A stretch of 64,000 nt of DNA from an uncultured Clostridia bacterium (GTDB taxonomy: Bacteria > Bacillota > Clostridia > Christensenellales > DTU072). The stretch is from assembly GCA_944349655.1 (NCBI GenBank), contig CALVNL010000002.1, positions 5,721 through 69,720 of the forward strand, given 5' to 3'. Of the stretch, positions 38,422 to 49,049 are shown piece after piece (the first letter of the stretch is position 1; every line of letters starts with the position of its first letter). The position numbers and the translations under genes are program-made. The notes beneath the pieces were generated by a model. It was not told where the DNA came from, ran no database searches, and saw nothing but the letters and a program-made list of their open reading frames with translations.

Positions 38422-41400
38422 TTATTTGACTATAACCCTGAACCTAACGTCGTAGAATTTTCCTTTGGGCAATTTATATTGCGGTTTTAACGCCGCTATC
38501 GCAGGAATATCCCCTCCTACGCCTCTTTGCGCTCCGTCGATATAAACCGTAAGATAGTCGTTTTTCCTCAATTCGTGCAAATGCTTTGCATTCTCCAATT
38601 CTTCCAAAGAATATTCCTGAACGCTGAATTCAAAAGGTTTATTTTCAGCTAACACCAGAAGCCCGGTATCTTCAGTTCCGAGATCGAGGAAACGCGCGTC
38701 TGTATGATTACCGTTTTCCTGCGGATAAAGATAATCGTGATTAAAATCGGAAGCCTGCCCTTCGTAATAACGCAAAACGGCAGAAGACTTCCTGTCGCAA
38801 TGATTTTCGTGCGGTCCTCTGGCATAAAACGCCACGTCTTTAACGTCTTTTCTCAGAGCAAAAGCAAATCCGTATCTTATAAGATTAGCTTTTGCTTTTA
38901 ACGACATTCTGACGTCGATACCGTCCTTACCTATGATATATTCGGTTACAAGATTTTGTGCGTAACGGAATTTCCATTCTATTACGATACGTACACAGCC
39001 GTTTTCAACGGATGTTTTGACAGATTTAGGTTTGAGTTTTTTCTGCGCCGAAAGGAATTTGTAAACACCGATCAGTTTTTTAACAAAAGGAATATTTATC
39101 TGCGCTAAACGATCGTTGTCTATGGTCGGTCTGTGAAAATTAGGAAGGAAAGGTTCGCTCAGAGTTTCAACGTTGTTTCTGGAAATACTGCTGATAGCGC
39201 CGGTGGATTTTTCAACAATAACCTTCAAATCTCCTTCTTTTGCAGTTATTTCCCATTCGTTTTCTTCAAAAGACGCATTCCCTTGCATTTCTCTGAGAAC
39301 AAAATCTCCTTCTTTAACGAGGAACTGTTCGTAAGCGACGACGTGACCCGCTTTCAAAACCCCTCTGTCTTCGGTAAGACTGAGTTCCGCAAGCAGATTA
39401 AGCTCTCCGTCAAATTCCGGTATCGTTATTTCGAATTTAGCATTTTCCCCTGGAAGAATAGTATCTAAAATAACCTCCTCTTTGGAAAGTTCCATACCGT
39501 CGGCAAAGAAAGTAATCGTTAATTTATAATTTTTAATGTCTGTGAACATATAACCGTTATTTACGGTTAATTTGTTGCCATCGAAACCAAATTCTACCAT
39601 TTGATATTCTTTACGTACTTCGTGCAACGCAGGATTCGGTTCGCGGTCCGCTCTAACTATGCCGTTAAAAGCAAATACGCCTGAATTAGGTTTATCGCCG
39701 AAATCTCCGCCGTAACGCCATTCGGTAACTCCGTTTTCCACATGCTTAATGCTCTGATCGGCAAAATCCCAAATAAAACCTCCGGCAAGTCTGTCATACT
39801 TCTTGAAATATTTCCAGTAATCGCTGAAGTTTCCGAGGCTGTTTCCCATACAATGAGCATATTCGCATTGTATATAAGGCAAATCCTTGTACATAGAAGC
39901 CTTATAAATTACGCCCAACGGACGGAAAACCGTGGTTTGACAATGCGGAACAGTTTTATTCTCTCCGATCAAAGGCATTTTTTGGCAAGGAGCATACATT
40001 TCGCTGAAGACATCGCTCACTTTCGCCGTTACGTCTTCTTCATAATGAATGAACCTCGTATCGTCGATTTCAAGAACGGCTTTTTTCATTTCACGGAAAG
40101 CATTTCCGAAACCTGACTCGTTTCCGAGGGACCAGCTTACTATACAAGGATGATTTTTGTAAGTGTTTACCATATTTCTGATACGGTAAACGCATCTTTC
40201 CGTCCACATCTTATTGCTGTTAGGTATCATAAAACTAAGCCCGTGAGTTTCAAGGTTGTTTTCACACATAACCAATATTCCCATTTCGTCGCATAATTCA
40301 TAAAAAGAGCGACTGTTAGGATAATGACTGGTACGAATTGCGGTAATGTTATTGTTAAGACAAATTTCGAGATCTTTTTTAATAAGTTCTTTCGGTACCG
40401 CATGACCGTATTCGGGATGAAACTCGTGACGGTTTACTCCGCGGAATTTCAAAGGTTTACCGTTAAGCAAAATAAAAGGACCTCTGCCTTCCTTCATAGG
40501 AACGATCTTTATTTCACGAAATCCGAATTTACATTTTCTTAAATCGTATTGTTCGCCGTCTTTCTCCAAAACGGCTTCCACTTCGTAAAGGTAGGGATTT
40601 TCGTGAGACCAAAGAACCGGTGAATCAATCATTACCATAAACTCTGCCTTTGCGTTGGAAAGAACCGTACCGTCTTCCCAAACCGTATTATTACCGTCTT
40701 TAAGTCTTACTTTAAGTACGCAGCCCTTTATATCGCCGTCGGTTTTAACTGAAACATGGAATTCGGCTTTATTTAATCCGCCGCCGAAATATGCTCTGGC
40801 GAACATATCCGAAATTTGAGTTTTCGGTTTATTTATTAGGAATACGTCTCTGAAAATACCGGAAATACGCCACATATCCTGGTCTTCGAGATAACTGCCT
40901 ATGCAATAACGATATACAAACACAGTCAACCTGTTTACCCCCTCGGTAACAAAACCCGTTATATCGTATTCCTGAAAATCAAAAGTATCTTCGCTGTAAC
41001 CGACAAAAATTCCGTTTACGTATATTTCGGCGCTGGAGTTGACTCCTCCGAAATGTATGTAATATTTATCGGACAAAGATTTAAGTTCAAATTCGGTAAC
41101 ATAAACGCCCACGCTGTTTTTATCTGCCTTGACTTTCGGTACTGCAAAAATATTTTTTGCAGCCAAGGCATAAGGATATGCAATGTTGGTATAAATGGGT
41201 ATATCGTATCCTTTTATCTGCCAGTTGGAAGGTACGTCGATATAATCGAAATCCGAAATATCGTAATCTTTTTTAATCATTTGAATATTGAGGTCGTTAA
41301 CCGACGGAAACCACTTAAAACGCCATTGTCCGTTCAGGCAAAGCACTTTTGCGTTGCCGTCTTTGTCGAGCGGAAAACCGCATGCGTATCTGCCTATAGA

Positions 41401-41442
41401 ATTGATGTTATATATATCCTTTTTGTTCCAGAAATTCAACAT
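38422..41442 (-). CDS. lacZ: Beta-galactosidase, GH2 (LacZ-type)
   Basis: 1006 aa with the acid/base NESGFG, the nucleophile region EYAHCMGNS and a C-terminal small-chain domain. Confidence 0.9.
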   Translation of the reverse strand: MLNFWNKKDIYNINSIGRYACGFPLDKDGNAKVLCLNGQWRFKWFPSVNDLNIQMIKKDYDISDFDYIDVPSNWQIKGYDIPIYTNIAYPYALAAKNIFAVPKVKADKNSVGVYVTEFELKSLSDKYYIHFGGVNSSAEIYVNGIFVGYSEDTFDFQEYDITGFVTEGVNRLTVFVYRYCIGSYLEDQDMWRISGIFRDVFLINKPKTQISDMFARAYFGGGLNKAEFHVSVKTDGDIKGCVLKVRLKDGNNTVWEDGTVLSNAKAEFMVMIDSPVLWSHENPYLYEVEAVLEKDGEQYDLRKCKFGFREIKIVPMKEGRGPFILLNGKPLKFRGVNRHEFHPEYGHAVPKELIKKDLEICLNNNITAIRTSHYPNSRSFYELCDEMGILVMCENNLETHGLSFMIPNSNKMWTERCVYRIRNMVNTYKNHPCIVSWSLGNESGFGNAFREMKKAVLEIDDTRFIHYEEDVTAKVSDVFSEMYAPCQKMPLIGENKTVPHCQTTVFRPLGVIYKASMYKDLPYIQCEYAHCMGNSLGNFSDYWKYFKKYDRLAGGFIWDFADQSIKHVENGVTEWRYGGDFGDKPNSGVFAFNGIVRADREPNPALHEVRKEYQMVEFGFDGNKLTVNNGYMFTDIKNYKLTITFFADGMELSKEEVILDTILPGENAKFEITIPEFDGELNLLAELSLTEDRGVLKAGHVVAYEQFLVKEGDFVLREMQGNASFEENEWEITAKEGDLKVIVEKSTGAISSISRNNVETLSEPFLPNFHRPTIDNDRLAQINIPFVKKLIGVYKFLSAQKKLKPKSVKTSVENGCVRIVIEWKFRYAQNLVTEYIIGKDGIDVRMSLKAKANLIRYGFAFALRKDVKDVAFYARGPHENHCDRKSSAVLRYYEGQASDFNHDYLYPQENGNHTDARFLDLGTEDTGLLVLAENKPFEFSVQEYSLEELENAKHLHELRKNDYLTVYIDGAQRGVGGDIPAIAALKPQYKLPKGKFYDVRFRVIVK

Positions 41443-41544
41443 AGGAAAACTCCTTTATATAAATATAAATTATTATAACAAAAATAAAATACAATTTCAA
41501 TATAAAAAAGCATTTATTTACAAATCTACGAATATAATTACACC

Positions 41545-42489
41545 ATGACTACAATAATAAGCGGATTTCTGAGCGGCATAGGTGTCTTTATTTTCGCTAT
41601 ATATCTCCTTAACACTTCGCTTTCGGAGACAGATTTTAGAATTTCGGAAAAAACAGAAAAAAGAATCAATAATCCGTTTTTCGGATTTTTTGCAGGGATA
41701 TTCAGTAGTATGCTGACTCAAAGCTCCTCCGCCGTCAATTCTGTCGCGGTTCAACTTTCCGATAAAAAAATAATTAAAGACGAATCGGCATATTTTGTAG
41801 TTATGGGTACAAATATAGGCACAACCGTTACGGCTTATATCGCAATACTCAGCACTTTGAAAATATCGGAAATTTTTATTTCATTGATATTTTTCAGCAG
41901 TATTGGTCTAATGGCAATAAAAAATAAAAAATTAAGATTGCCCGCTACTTGGATAAGCGTTTTTTCAATGATATTTATCGGTCTGAAGATTATTTCTCAA
42001 ACTATACCGTCTTTAACCGAATTGATAGGATATGAAATTTTTATTGATAAAAATCCGATATATCTCCTGATTATAAGTACCTTAATTACCGCACTTTGTC
42101 AAAGTTCCTCTTTGGTGTCCGTAGTCGTCGTAACTTTATCGGGCTTAGGAGCGGTAAGCATAGAAGGGGCTATTTTTATGATTATCGGCGCAAACGTCGG
42201 CACTTGTTCCACTGCTATGCTCGCGGCTGTAGGCAAAAGTAAAGACGGCGTAAACGTAGCCATGTTTAATCTCGTATTCAATATCCTCGGACTGATAGTT
42301 CACGTCTTTGCTTACTATACCGGACTTCTGAACTGGTTTATCGATTTGAACGTTGCACCGGATACAAAAATAGCACTGTATCATACGTTTTTCAACGTTT
42401 CCTCAGTGCTATTTGCTTTTCCTTTTGTTAAAGAAATCGGCTCTTTGTTAAATTTCAGCTTTCCGAAAAGAAAACGAAAAGCTATCTGA
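41545..42489 (+). CDS. Na/Pi cotransporter family protein (PF02690-like)
   Basis: It has the duplicated motif QSSSAVNSVAV / QSSSLVSVVVV and GTNIGTTVTA / GANVGTCSTA. 314 aa. Confidence 0.75.
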   Translation: MTTIISGFLSGIGVFIFAIYLLNTSLSETDFRISEKTEKRINNPFFGFFAGIFSSMLTQSSSAVNSVAVQLSDKKIIKDESAYFVVMGTNIGTTVTAYIAILSTLKISEIFISLIFFSSIGLMAIKNKKLRLPATWISVFSMIFIGLKIISQTIPSLTELIGYEIFIDKNPIYLLIISTLITALCQSSSLVSVVVVTLSGLGAVSIEGAIFMIIGANVGTCSTAMLAAVGKSKDGVNVAMFNLVFNILGLIVHVFAYYTGLLNWFIDLNVAPDTKIALYHTFFNVSSVLFAFPFVKEIGSLLNFSFPKRKRKAI

Positions 42490-43753
42490 CTATAATATCC
42501 TCTCTTGCAGGACCTACTCCGATATAACCGACTTTTACTCCTACGTAAGTTTCAATCAAGGAAATATAGTCCTTAACTTCGTCGGGTAAATCTTCATAAC
42601 GACGGATTTTGGTCGTATCTGTTTTCCAACCTTTCATGGTTCTGTAAATCGGTTCGACTTTATATAAATCTCTTGACGTAGGCATATAGTCAATTTCCTT
42701 GCCGTTGAGTTTATATCCTACGCATACCTTTATTTCATCGTAAGTATCGAGCTTATCGATTTTACATACCGCTATTTTAGTAAATCCGTTTATGGTTGCG
42801 GCAAATTTGATAATCGGTAAATCCAACCAGCCGAGACGTCTTGCTCTTCCGGTGCGAGCGCCGAATTCATCATCTACGTTTTTTCCGTCTCCGCGGAATC
42901 CGTCGGCTTCGGCTCCTTCCATTTCAGTGGGGAAAGGTCCGTCTCCTACCGCCGAAGTAAAGGCTTTCATTACGCCTACTATTTCATCTATCTTGCTGAT
43001 CGGGAAACCGCTGCTGACCGCAGCATAAGCGGCTACAGGATTGGACGACGTTACATAAGGATAAATTCCAAGATCTATATCTTTCATTGCGCCCAACTGA
43101 CCTTCAAAAAGTATATTTTCGTTTTTGTTTATGGCATTATTGACAAAAGAAACCGGTTCTACAATTCTTGAAGCAAGTTTTTCCGCCCAAAAAACACATT
43201 TATCATAAATCTCTTCCTCGGTAAACGTTTTTCCGCCTTTAGCCTTCAGTTCCGCATTGATACCGCCCATTATTTTAGCTATTCTGGTACGGCAGTAGTC
43301 GAGATCGAGCAAATCTTCGAATCTTAAAGCGGTTCTTCTACTTCTGTCGGCATAAGCATATCCTATGCCTCTTTTAGTAGTGCCTATGGAAATACCGGTT
43401 TTTTCTCCCAAAGAATCCAATTCAATGTGATACGGCATCAGGATAACCGCCCTGGAAGAAATAAACATATTCCCGGTATCCACGTTTTGGGAAGAAATTT
43501 CCGAAAGCTCCTTCAAAAGCTCATCGGGATTTATTACCATTCCGGTATTAGCGAGAGCTTTACAACCGTCTTTGAAAATTCCGCAAGGAACGAGATGAAG
43601 CTTAAAAACGCCTTTCTCGTTGACTACGGTATGTCCCGCATTATCTCCGCCCTGAAAACGGACTACCATATCCATATCCGACGCAAGATAATCTACTATC
43701 TTGCCTTTACCTTCGTCTCCGAATTGTGCACCGACCAATACAGTTACACTCAT
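42482..43753 (-). CDS. purA: Adenylosuccinate synthetase
   Basis: Contains GAQFGDEGKGKIVD, GGDNAGHTV, TTKRGIGYAYADR and GARTGRARRLGWLD. Confidence 0.95.
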   Translation of the reverse strand: MSVTVLVGAQFGDEGKGKIVDYLASDMDMVVRFQGGDNAGHTVVNEKGVFKLHLVPCGIFKDGCKALANTGMVINPDELLKELSEISSQNVDTGNMFISSRAVILMPYHIELDSLGEKTGISIGTTKRGIGYAYADRSRRTALRFEDLLDLDYCRTRIAKIMGGINAELKAKGGKTFTEEEIYDKCVFWAEKLASRIVEPVSFVNNAINKNENILFEGQLGAMKDIDLGIYPYVTSSNPVAAYAAVSSGFPISKIDEIVGVMKAFTSAVGDGPFPTEMEGAEADGFRGDGKNVDDEFGARTGRARRLGWLDLPIIKFAATINGFTKIAVCKIDKLDTYDEIKVCVGYKLNGKEIDYMPTSRDLYKVEPIYRTMKGWKTDTTKIRRYEDLPDEVKDYISLIETYVGVKVGYIGVGPAREDIIVR

Positions 43754-43775
43754 TTTAACCTCCGTACCTAAAGCT

Positions 43776-44963
43776 TTATTTCGTTAATAATTCTTTAATT
43801 CTTTTCATGGCTTCAGTCGTTTTTTCGGGCGTATTGAATGCCGTAAGACGGAAATATCCTTCTCCGAACTTTCCGAAGCCGCTTCCGGGCGTACCGACTA
43901 CCTGAACTTCGTTAAGGAGATAATCGAAAAATTCCCATGAAGTCATACCCGACGGACATTTTAACCATATATAAGGAGAATTTATTCCTCCGGTGAACCA
44001 AACTCCGCATTCCGAAAGAGTGTCTGCGATAATTTTCGCGTTATTTTTATAAATGGCTATTACTTCTCTGGTCTTTTTTAATCCTTCATCTTCGAAAACG
44101 CCCTCTGCACCTCTCTGAATAACGTAACTTACTCCGTTAAATTTCGTTGTCTGACGACGTAACCACATTTTGTTAAGGCTCATTCCTTCTCTTTCGAGAG
44201 CGAAAGGAACTACCGTATAACCGCATCTGGTACCCGTAAATCCCGCGGTTTTGGAAAGAGAACAGAATTCAATCGCGCATTTCTTTGCACCTTCTATCTC
44301 AAATATACTTCTGGGCAAATCTTCACTTACAAAACTTTCATAAGCGGCGTCGTAAAGAATGATCGCATCCCTCGATAAAGCGAAGTCCACCCATACCTTA
44401 AGCTGTTCCCTGCTGTATGCGGCGCCGGTGGGATTGTTGGGAGAACAAAGATAGAAAATATCTCCTTCGCTGTTTTCGTCAGGCATCGGAAGAAAACCGT
44501 TACTTTCGTTGCCTTCGAAGAAAACGATTCTTCTACCGCACATAACGTTGGTATCCTCGTAAACGGGATATACCGGATCGGGCATTCCCACCACGTTGTC
44601 GTTAGCAAACAAATCGGTAATGTTGGCTATATCGCTTTTTGCGCCGTCCGAGATGAATATTTCGTTGGGTTCAAGTTCAACGCCGATTTCTTTTTTGTAA
44701 TATGCCGCAATTTTTTCTTTCAAAAAAATATATCCCTGTTCCGGTCCGTACCCTCTAAAAGTCTCTTTTTCCCCCATTTCTTTTGAGGCAGCTATTAGTT
44801 TTTCCACTACAGGGGCAACCAAAGGCTGAGTAACGTCGCCAATACCCATTCTGATCACGTCGGCGTCGGGGTGCGCTTCAACGTATGCGTTTACTCTTTT
44901 TGCTATATCGGAAAAGAGATAACTTTCTTTAATGTTTGCGTAGTTCTTATTTATTTTTACCAT
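43776..44963 (-). CDS. dapL: LL-diaminopimelate aminotransferase
   Basis: INKNYANIKESYLF, NNPTGA and SLSKTAGFTGTRCGY (PLP lysine) fit DapL. The ATG at 44963 has GGGAG 7 nt upstream and avoids overlap with dapF. Confidence 0.85.
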   Translation of the reverse strand: MVKINKNYANIKESYLFSDIAKRVNAYVEAHPDADVIRMGIGDVTQPLVAPVVEKLIAASKEMGEKETFRGYGPEQGYIFLKEKIAAYYKKEIGVELEPNEIFISDGAKSDIANITDLFANDNVVGMPDPVYPVYEDTNVMCGRRIVFFEGNESNGFLPMPDENSEGDIFYLCSPNNPTGAAYSREQLKVWVDFALSRDAIILYDAAYESFVSEDLPRSIFEIEGAKKCAIEFCSLSKTAGFTGTRCGYTVVPFALEREGMSLNKMWLRRQTTKFNGVSYVIQRGAEGVFEDEGLKKTREVIAIYKNNAKIIADTLSECGVWFTGGINSPYIWLKCPSGMTSWEFFDYLLNEVQVVGTPGSGFGKFGEGYFRLTAFNTPEKTTEAMKRIKELLTK

Positions 44964-44979
44964 AGTAAACTCCCGTTTA

Positions 44980-45783
44980 TTATATTTCTCCTTCAAAATT
45001 TTTTTCGACTCTTCCGTCGATAACTATTTCTTTATCGGCGTCAAAACTACATTCCAAATCGCCTCCCGGCAATCTTACAACAGCCCTGTCACCTACCAGA
45101 CCAAGCACGTTTGCAGTAAAGAAAGCCGCCGATGCACCCGTTCCGCAAGCGAGCGTTTCTCCCGAACCTCTTTCGTAAACTCTGACCGTCAAAATATTGT
45201 CGGACAAATCTTTTAATACGAATTCCACGTTCGTTCTGTCGGGAAAAAACTCCTTATTCTCACTGATATCGCGTCCGATTATCATTATATCGTCATCATA
45301 ACGGTCTACGAATATTACGCAATGCGGATTGCCTACGGAAACGCAAAAACAGTTATACGGTTTCCCTAATGAAAGAATTTGTCTTTCAAAAATTCCGTTC
45401 TCGTGTCCCTTTGTCCCTTTACCTATCCACGCTCTGGCACATTGCACCATTCCGTCGATCGCTCTGATTTTAACTTTTTTTATTCCGCTTAAAGTATCTA
45501 CGGTCAATTCTTTTTTCTCCGTCAAACCCTTTTCGTAAACGAATTTTCCGAGACATCTTAAAGCGTTTCCGCACATTTTCCCTTCGCTTCCGTCGGAATT
45601 AAATATTCTCATGGAAAAGTCGGCTTTCTTTGCTTTTCCGATCAGCACGATTCCGTCTCCGCCTATACCTTTATGCCTGTCCGATAATTTTATCGCCGCA
45701 TAAGACGGATCCGTTATTGTTTCCTCGTCGGCGTTAATGAATATGTAATCGTTCCCCAGACCGTTCATTTTTGTAAATTTCAT
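44980..45783 (-). CDS. dapF: Diaminopimelate epimerase
   Basis: Contains KMNGLGNDYIFI and the catalytic Cys motifs MCGNALRC and ACGTGASA. Confidence 0.93.
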   Translation of the reverse strand: MKFTKMNGLGNDYIFINADEETITDPSYAAIKLSDRHKGIGGDGIVLIGKAKKADFSMRIFNSDGSEGKMCGNALRCLGKFVYEKGLTEKKELTVDTLSGIKKVKIRAIDGMVQCARAWIGKGTKGHENGIFERQILSLGKPYNCFCVSVGNPHCVIFVDRYDDDIMIIGRDISENKEFFPDRTNVEFVLKDLSDNILTVRVYERGSGETLACGTGASAAFFTANVLGLVGDRAVVRLPGGDLECSFDADKEIVIDGRVEKNFEGEI

Positions 45784-45838
45784 ATAAACCTCTTTACAAA
45801 AATATATATCGGTCCGAAGTTAATTATTCTTTATTGAT

Positions 45839-46549
45839 TTACGGTCTGTAAACCACCCTCCCGCAATGAGGACATTCGGCTACGTCCCCGGATTGTAAAA
45901 GTTTTTTTGCCACTTCTACGGTTATATCCATACCGCAGGCACCGCAATTTATTACGTTGCCGTCCGGCTGATAAGGAATAAATGCCGGCATCCTTTTTGC
46001 TTTACGCAATTCCTCGTATTTTTTTATCAGTTTTTCCTCTATAGAAGGCTTAATTTCCTTTAATTGTTTCAGCATAGGTTTTATTGCTTCTTTGATTTTT
46101 TCTTCCTTTACCTTCAAAGCGGCAGCCGCAGACTGAAATTCCTTGTTAAAGGCATTCATCTCTTCGTTCAAAGTTTTATTGGTATAATTGATATCGTTGA
46201 TTTTTTTGATAACCGCATTGATATCTTTATTCAACGCAGCTATTTCTTCCTCGTAAATGGTAAATTCTTTTTCGAAATCGGCTAAAGTGGTTTCGTCGGT
46301 AATTTCTTCCGAAGAAAAACTGCTAACTTTATTATCGGTTAATTCTTTGAGCCTCGCTTCCAGTTTTGAAAACTGATTTATGACGGAATCGAGTTCGGCG
46401 CCGAGTGCAACAAGGGATTTCTTCCTTTCCTCAAAAGCCTTTTTACAACGGTTGGCTACTTCGAGTTCCTTGCTACTAGCGTATTCTTTTTCGTACTTAT
46501 ATACCTTTATATCTATTTTCTGATAGTCGAGTATAGCTTTCAAGTCCAT
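45839..46549 (-). CDS. Coiled-coil C4 zinc-ribbon protein (COG1579 family)
   Basis: It has a long coiled-coil and a C-terminal CGACG...CPHCGR zinc ribbon. It is conserved downstream of nif3. Confidence 0.7.
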   Translation of the reverse strand: MDLKAILDYQKIDIKVYKYEKEYASSKELEVANRCKKAFEERKKSLVALGAELDSVINQFSKLEARLKELTDNKVSSFSSEEITDETTLADFEKEFTIYEEEIAALNKDINAVIKKINDINYTNKTLNEEMNAFNKEFQSAAAALKVKEEKIKEAIKPMLKQLKEIKPSIEEKLIKKYEELRKAKRMPAFIPYQPDGNVINCGACGMDITVEVAKKLLQSGDVAECPHCGRVVYRP

Positions 46550-47331
46550 ATTTCACCTCTTTTATTATAGGGATCTCCTATAGATTCCGCGCAATAAACC
46601 TGAATTTGCGGTAGCTTTTTACTGTATAAATCCTTGATAAGATTCATAAAAAGTTTCTCGCTGGAATAATGCCCGACTTGTATTATAGCATAATCGGAAT
46701 CTTTTGCCAACCTTGCGACGGAATGTTTTACTTCTGCAGTGACAAAAACGTCGTTTCCGGCTTCCATGGTCTCCAAAAGGGCGTCTTCCCTTCCTCCGCC
46801 TCCGTTTATAACCGCCACTTTCTTTATAATTTTTTCGGGATCTCCTACGATAGAAACGTTATCGTCGGAAAACAACTCGGATATTTTCCTTGCATATTCT
46901 TTCAAGGTATAATTTTTATCGGTTTCGCCCTGTCTGGCAGAAGAAGGAGTTTTTATATAACTTACGTTTTTCAATCCCATAGCGTAAGCAACGGTATCGT
47001 TCAGTCCGCCGTCCGTATAGTCCACATTCGTATGTGCAGAGTAGATACATACGTCGCTTTTAATGGCTTCTATAAGTGCCGTATTAAGCGGTCTCGAAGG
47101 ATCTATACTTTTAAGCGGTTTCCATATAGACGGATGATGTTCTATAATGAGATTGCACCCTTTTTCCACCGCTTCCTTCACTACGTCTCGGTTGGTATCT
47201 ACCGTAACGAGTATTCCGCTAAGTTCAAGCTTTCCGCTTCCGGTCTTATATCCGCAATTGTCGAAATCTTCGCTTAATTCGAGAGGAGCAAATTCCTCCA
47301 GAATTTTCACTGCGTCATCGATCCGTACCAT
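46540..47331 (-). CDS. Nif3-like dinuclear metal centre protein
   Basis: IIEHHP, YSAHTNVD and GHYSSE fit the NIF3/YbgI family. Confidence 0.85.
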   Translation of the reverse strand: MVRIDDAVKILEEFAPLELSEDFDNCGYKTGSGKLELSGILVTVDTNRDVVKEAVEKGCNLIIEHHPSIWKPLKSIDPSRPLNTALIEAIKSDVCIYSAHTNVDYTDGGLNDTVAYAMGLKNVSYIKTPSSARQGETDKNYTLKEYARKISELFSDDNVSIVGDPEKIIKKVAVINGGGGREDALLETMEAGNDVFVTAEVKHSVARLAKDSDYAIIQVGHYSSEKLFMNLIKDLYSKKLPQIQVYCAESIGDPYNKRGEIWT

Positions 47332-47966
47332 TTTTCTATCTCCTTATATTCTGCAGCTAATTCTTCCTGTAATTTTTCGGGGTTTATCCGCTGTGACTTC
47401 AATATAATTTCGATTTTTTTCTTTCTGTCAGCCAGCCTGCGGACATAATCTTCGTTTGGAGGAAAATTTCTTCCCAAAATAATTTCCGAATCGGTATAAT
47501 CGTTTTCTCCGGCTTCGCAAACAATGAGCGTATAAAACTTTCCGTCTTCCACTACATAGTCTTTAATGACCCGCAATCCCTTTTCCCGCATAAAACGCCT
47601 CAGAATATGAGCGTCCTGATGCGGCATTAAAATATAACGGGCAGGAAGAAATCTGTCTGAAAGTATTTTCACTATTTCGTTTCCGCCCATTCCGGCTATA
47701 ACTATAACGTCGGGAATTTCCTTCAGAGGAAGAAGTCCGTCTCCGCAAATAAACTCAATATTTTCGGAGAGATTGGAGTTTTCCGCCTGTACTCTGGCCT
47801 TTTGCAAACTGTTTTCGCTTATATCTACGGCGATTACTTTCTTGCAAATCCCTTTACGCAAAGCATATAAAGCGAGCTTACCGTGATCCGTACCTATATC
47901 GGCAACGGTGTCTGCTTTCCCTATTTCATCGGCTACGCAACGAAGTCTTTTACTTAAAAAAGCCAT
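47307..47966 (-). CDS. trmK: tRNA (adenine(22)-N(1))-methyltransferase
   Basis: Contains VADIGTDHGKLALYAL, AVDISENSL and VIAGMGGNEIVKIL. It is conserved downstream of rpoD. Confidence 0.85.
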   Translation of the reverse strand: MAFLSKRLRCVADEIGKADTVADIGTDHGKLALYALRKGICKKVIAVDISENSLQKARVQAENSNLSENIEFICGDGLLPLKEIPDVIVIAGMGGNEIVKILSDRFLPARYILMPHQDAHILRRFMREKGLRVIKDYVVEDGKFYTLIVCEAGENDYTDSEIILGRNFPPNEDYVRRLADRKKKIEIILKSQRINPEKLQEELAAEYKEIEKWYGSMTQ

Positions 47967-49030
47967 TACTTATCGAGAAAATCCTTTAGTTTTTTAACTT
48001 TATTGGGATGTTTAAGGCGTCTTAAAGCTTTCGCTTCGATCTGACGTATTCTTTCACGGGTAACGTTAAATACCCTTCCGACTTCTTCCAGTGTTCTGGG
48101 ACGATTGTCTTTAAGTCCGTAGCGAAGCATAAGGACCATAGCTTCTCTGGGTGCAAGCGTGCTGAGTATTTCCTTTACCTGTTCTTTAAGCATTTTGCTT
48201 TCCGCTATGTCTATCTGGGAAGCGGTATTCTTGTCTTCTATGAAATCTCCGAGATGGCTGTCCTCTTCTTCGCCTATAGGAGCTTCCAACGAAACAGGGT
48301 CCTGCGCTATTTTCTGTATTTCCACCACTCTGCTTTCCGATATTCCCATAGCTTCGGCTATTTCGGACTGCGTAGGTTCTCTGCCGAGTTTCTGTAAAAG
48401 CGTGCGACTGGTTTTCGTAAGTTTATTGATGGTTTCTACCATATGGACGGGTATGCGTATGGTTCTGGCCTGATCGGCAAGCGACCTCGTTATAGCCTGT
48501 CTTATCCACCAGGTAGCGTACGTTGAAAACTTGAATCCCTTGGTGTAATCGAATTTATCCACCGCCTTCATCAATCCAAGGTTGCCTTCTTGAATAAGAT
48601 CCAAAAATTGCATTCCTCTTCCGACATAGCGTTTTGCTATGCTGACTACCAGTCGTAAGTTGGCGTTAATAAGTTGTTTTTTCGCCTCGGCGTCGCCTTC
48701 TATCATCTTTTTTGCGAGTTCCTGCTCTTCCGCCGCGCTCAGAAGCGGAACTTTACCTATATCTTTCAGATACATTTTGACCGAGTCGTCGATATTGACC
48801 TCGTTCATAATTTTCTGAAGCATCTGGTCGTTTATCTTCTCGTCATCGGACGAGATAACCTTTATCCCGTTCTCTTCGAGAGTACTGTAAACAGACTCCA
48901 TTTCACTGGCGTCCAGACTCAATCTGTCCATTCTGTTAAGAAGTTCGTCTTCGTTTATGGACTTCTTCTCCTTAAAAGATTCTATTATTTTCTCAATTAC
49001 CTGCTTCTTACGTTCTTCTCTGTCAGACAT
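47966..49030 (-). CDS. rpoD: RNA polymerase primary sigma factor
   Basis: Regions 1.2 to 4.2 are present: [45 protein letters not shown]. Confidence 0.95.
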   Translation of the reverse strand: MSDREERKKQVIEKIIESFKEKKSINEDELLNRMDRLSLDASEMESVYSTLEENGIKVISSDDEKINDQMLQKIMNEVNIDDSVKMYLKDIGKVPLLSAAEEQELAKKMIEGDAEAKKQLINANLRLVVSIAKRYVGRGMQFLDLIQEGNLGLMKAVDKFDYTKGFKFSTYATWWIRQAITRSLADQARTIRIPVHMVETINKLTKTSRTLLQKLGREPTQSEIAEAMGISESRVVEIQKIAQDPVSLEAPIGEEEDSHLGDFIEDKNTASQIDIAESKMLKEQVKEILSTLAPREAMVLMLRYGLKDNRPRTLEEVGRVFNVTRERIRQIEAKALRRLKHPNKVKKLKDFLDK

Positions 49031-49049
49031 TATTAATCTCCTTCACTGC

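Noticed and set aside
42482-42489. 8-nt overlap of the convergent Na/Pi transporter and purA stop regions with no terminator between them
   Set aside because: Short convergent overlaps are common in compact genomes, and no structured element was seen.
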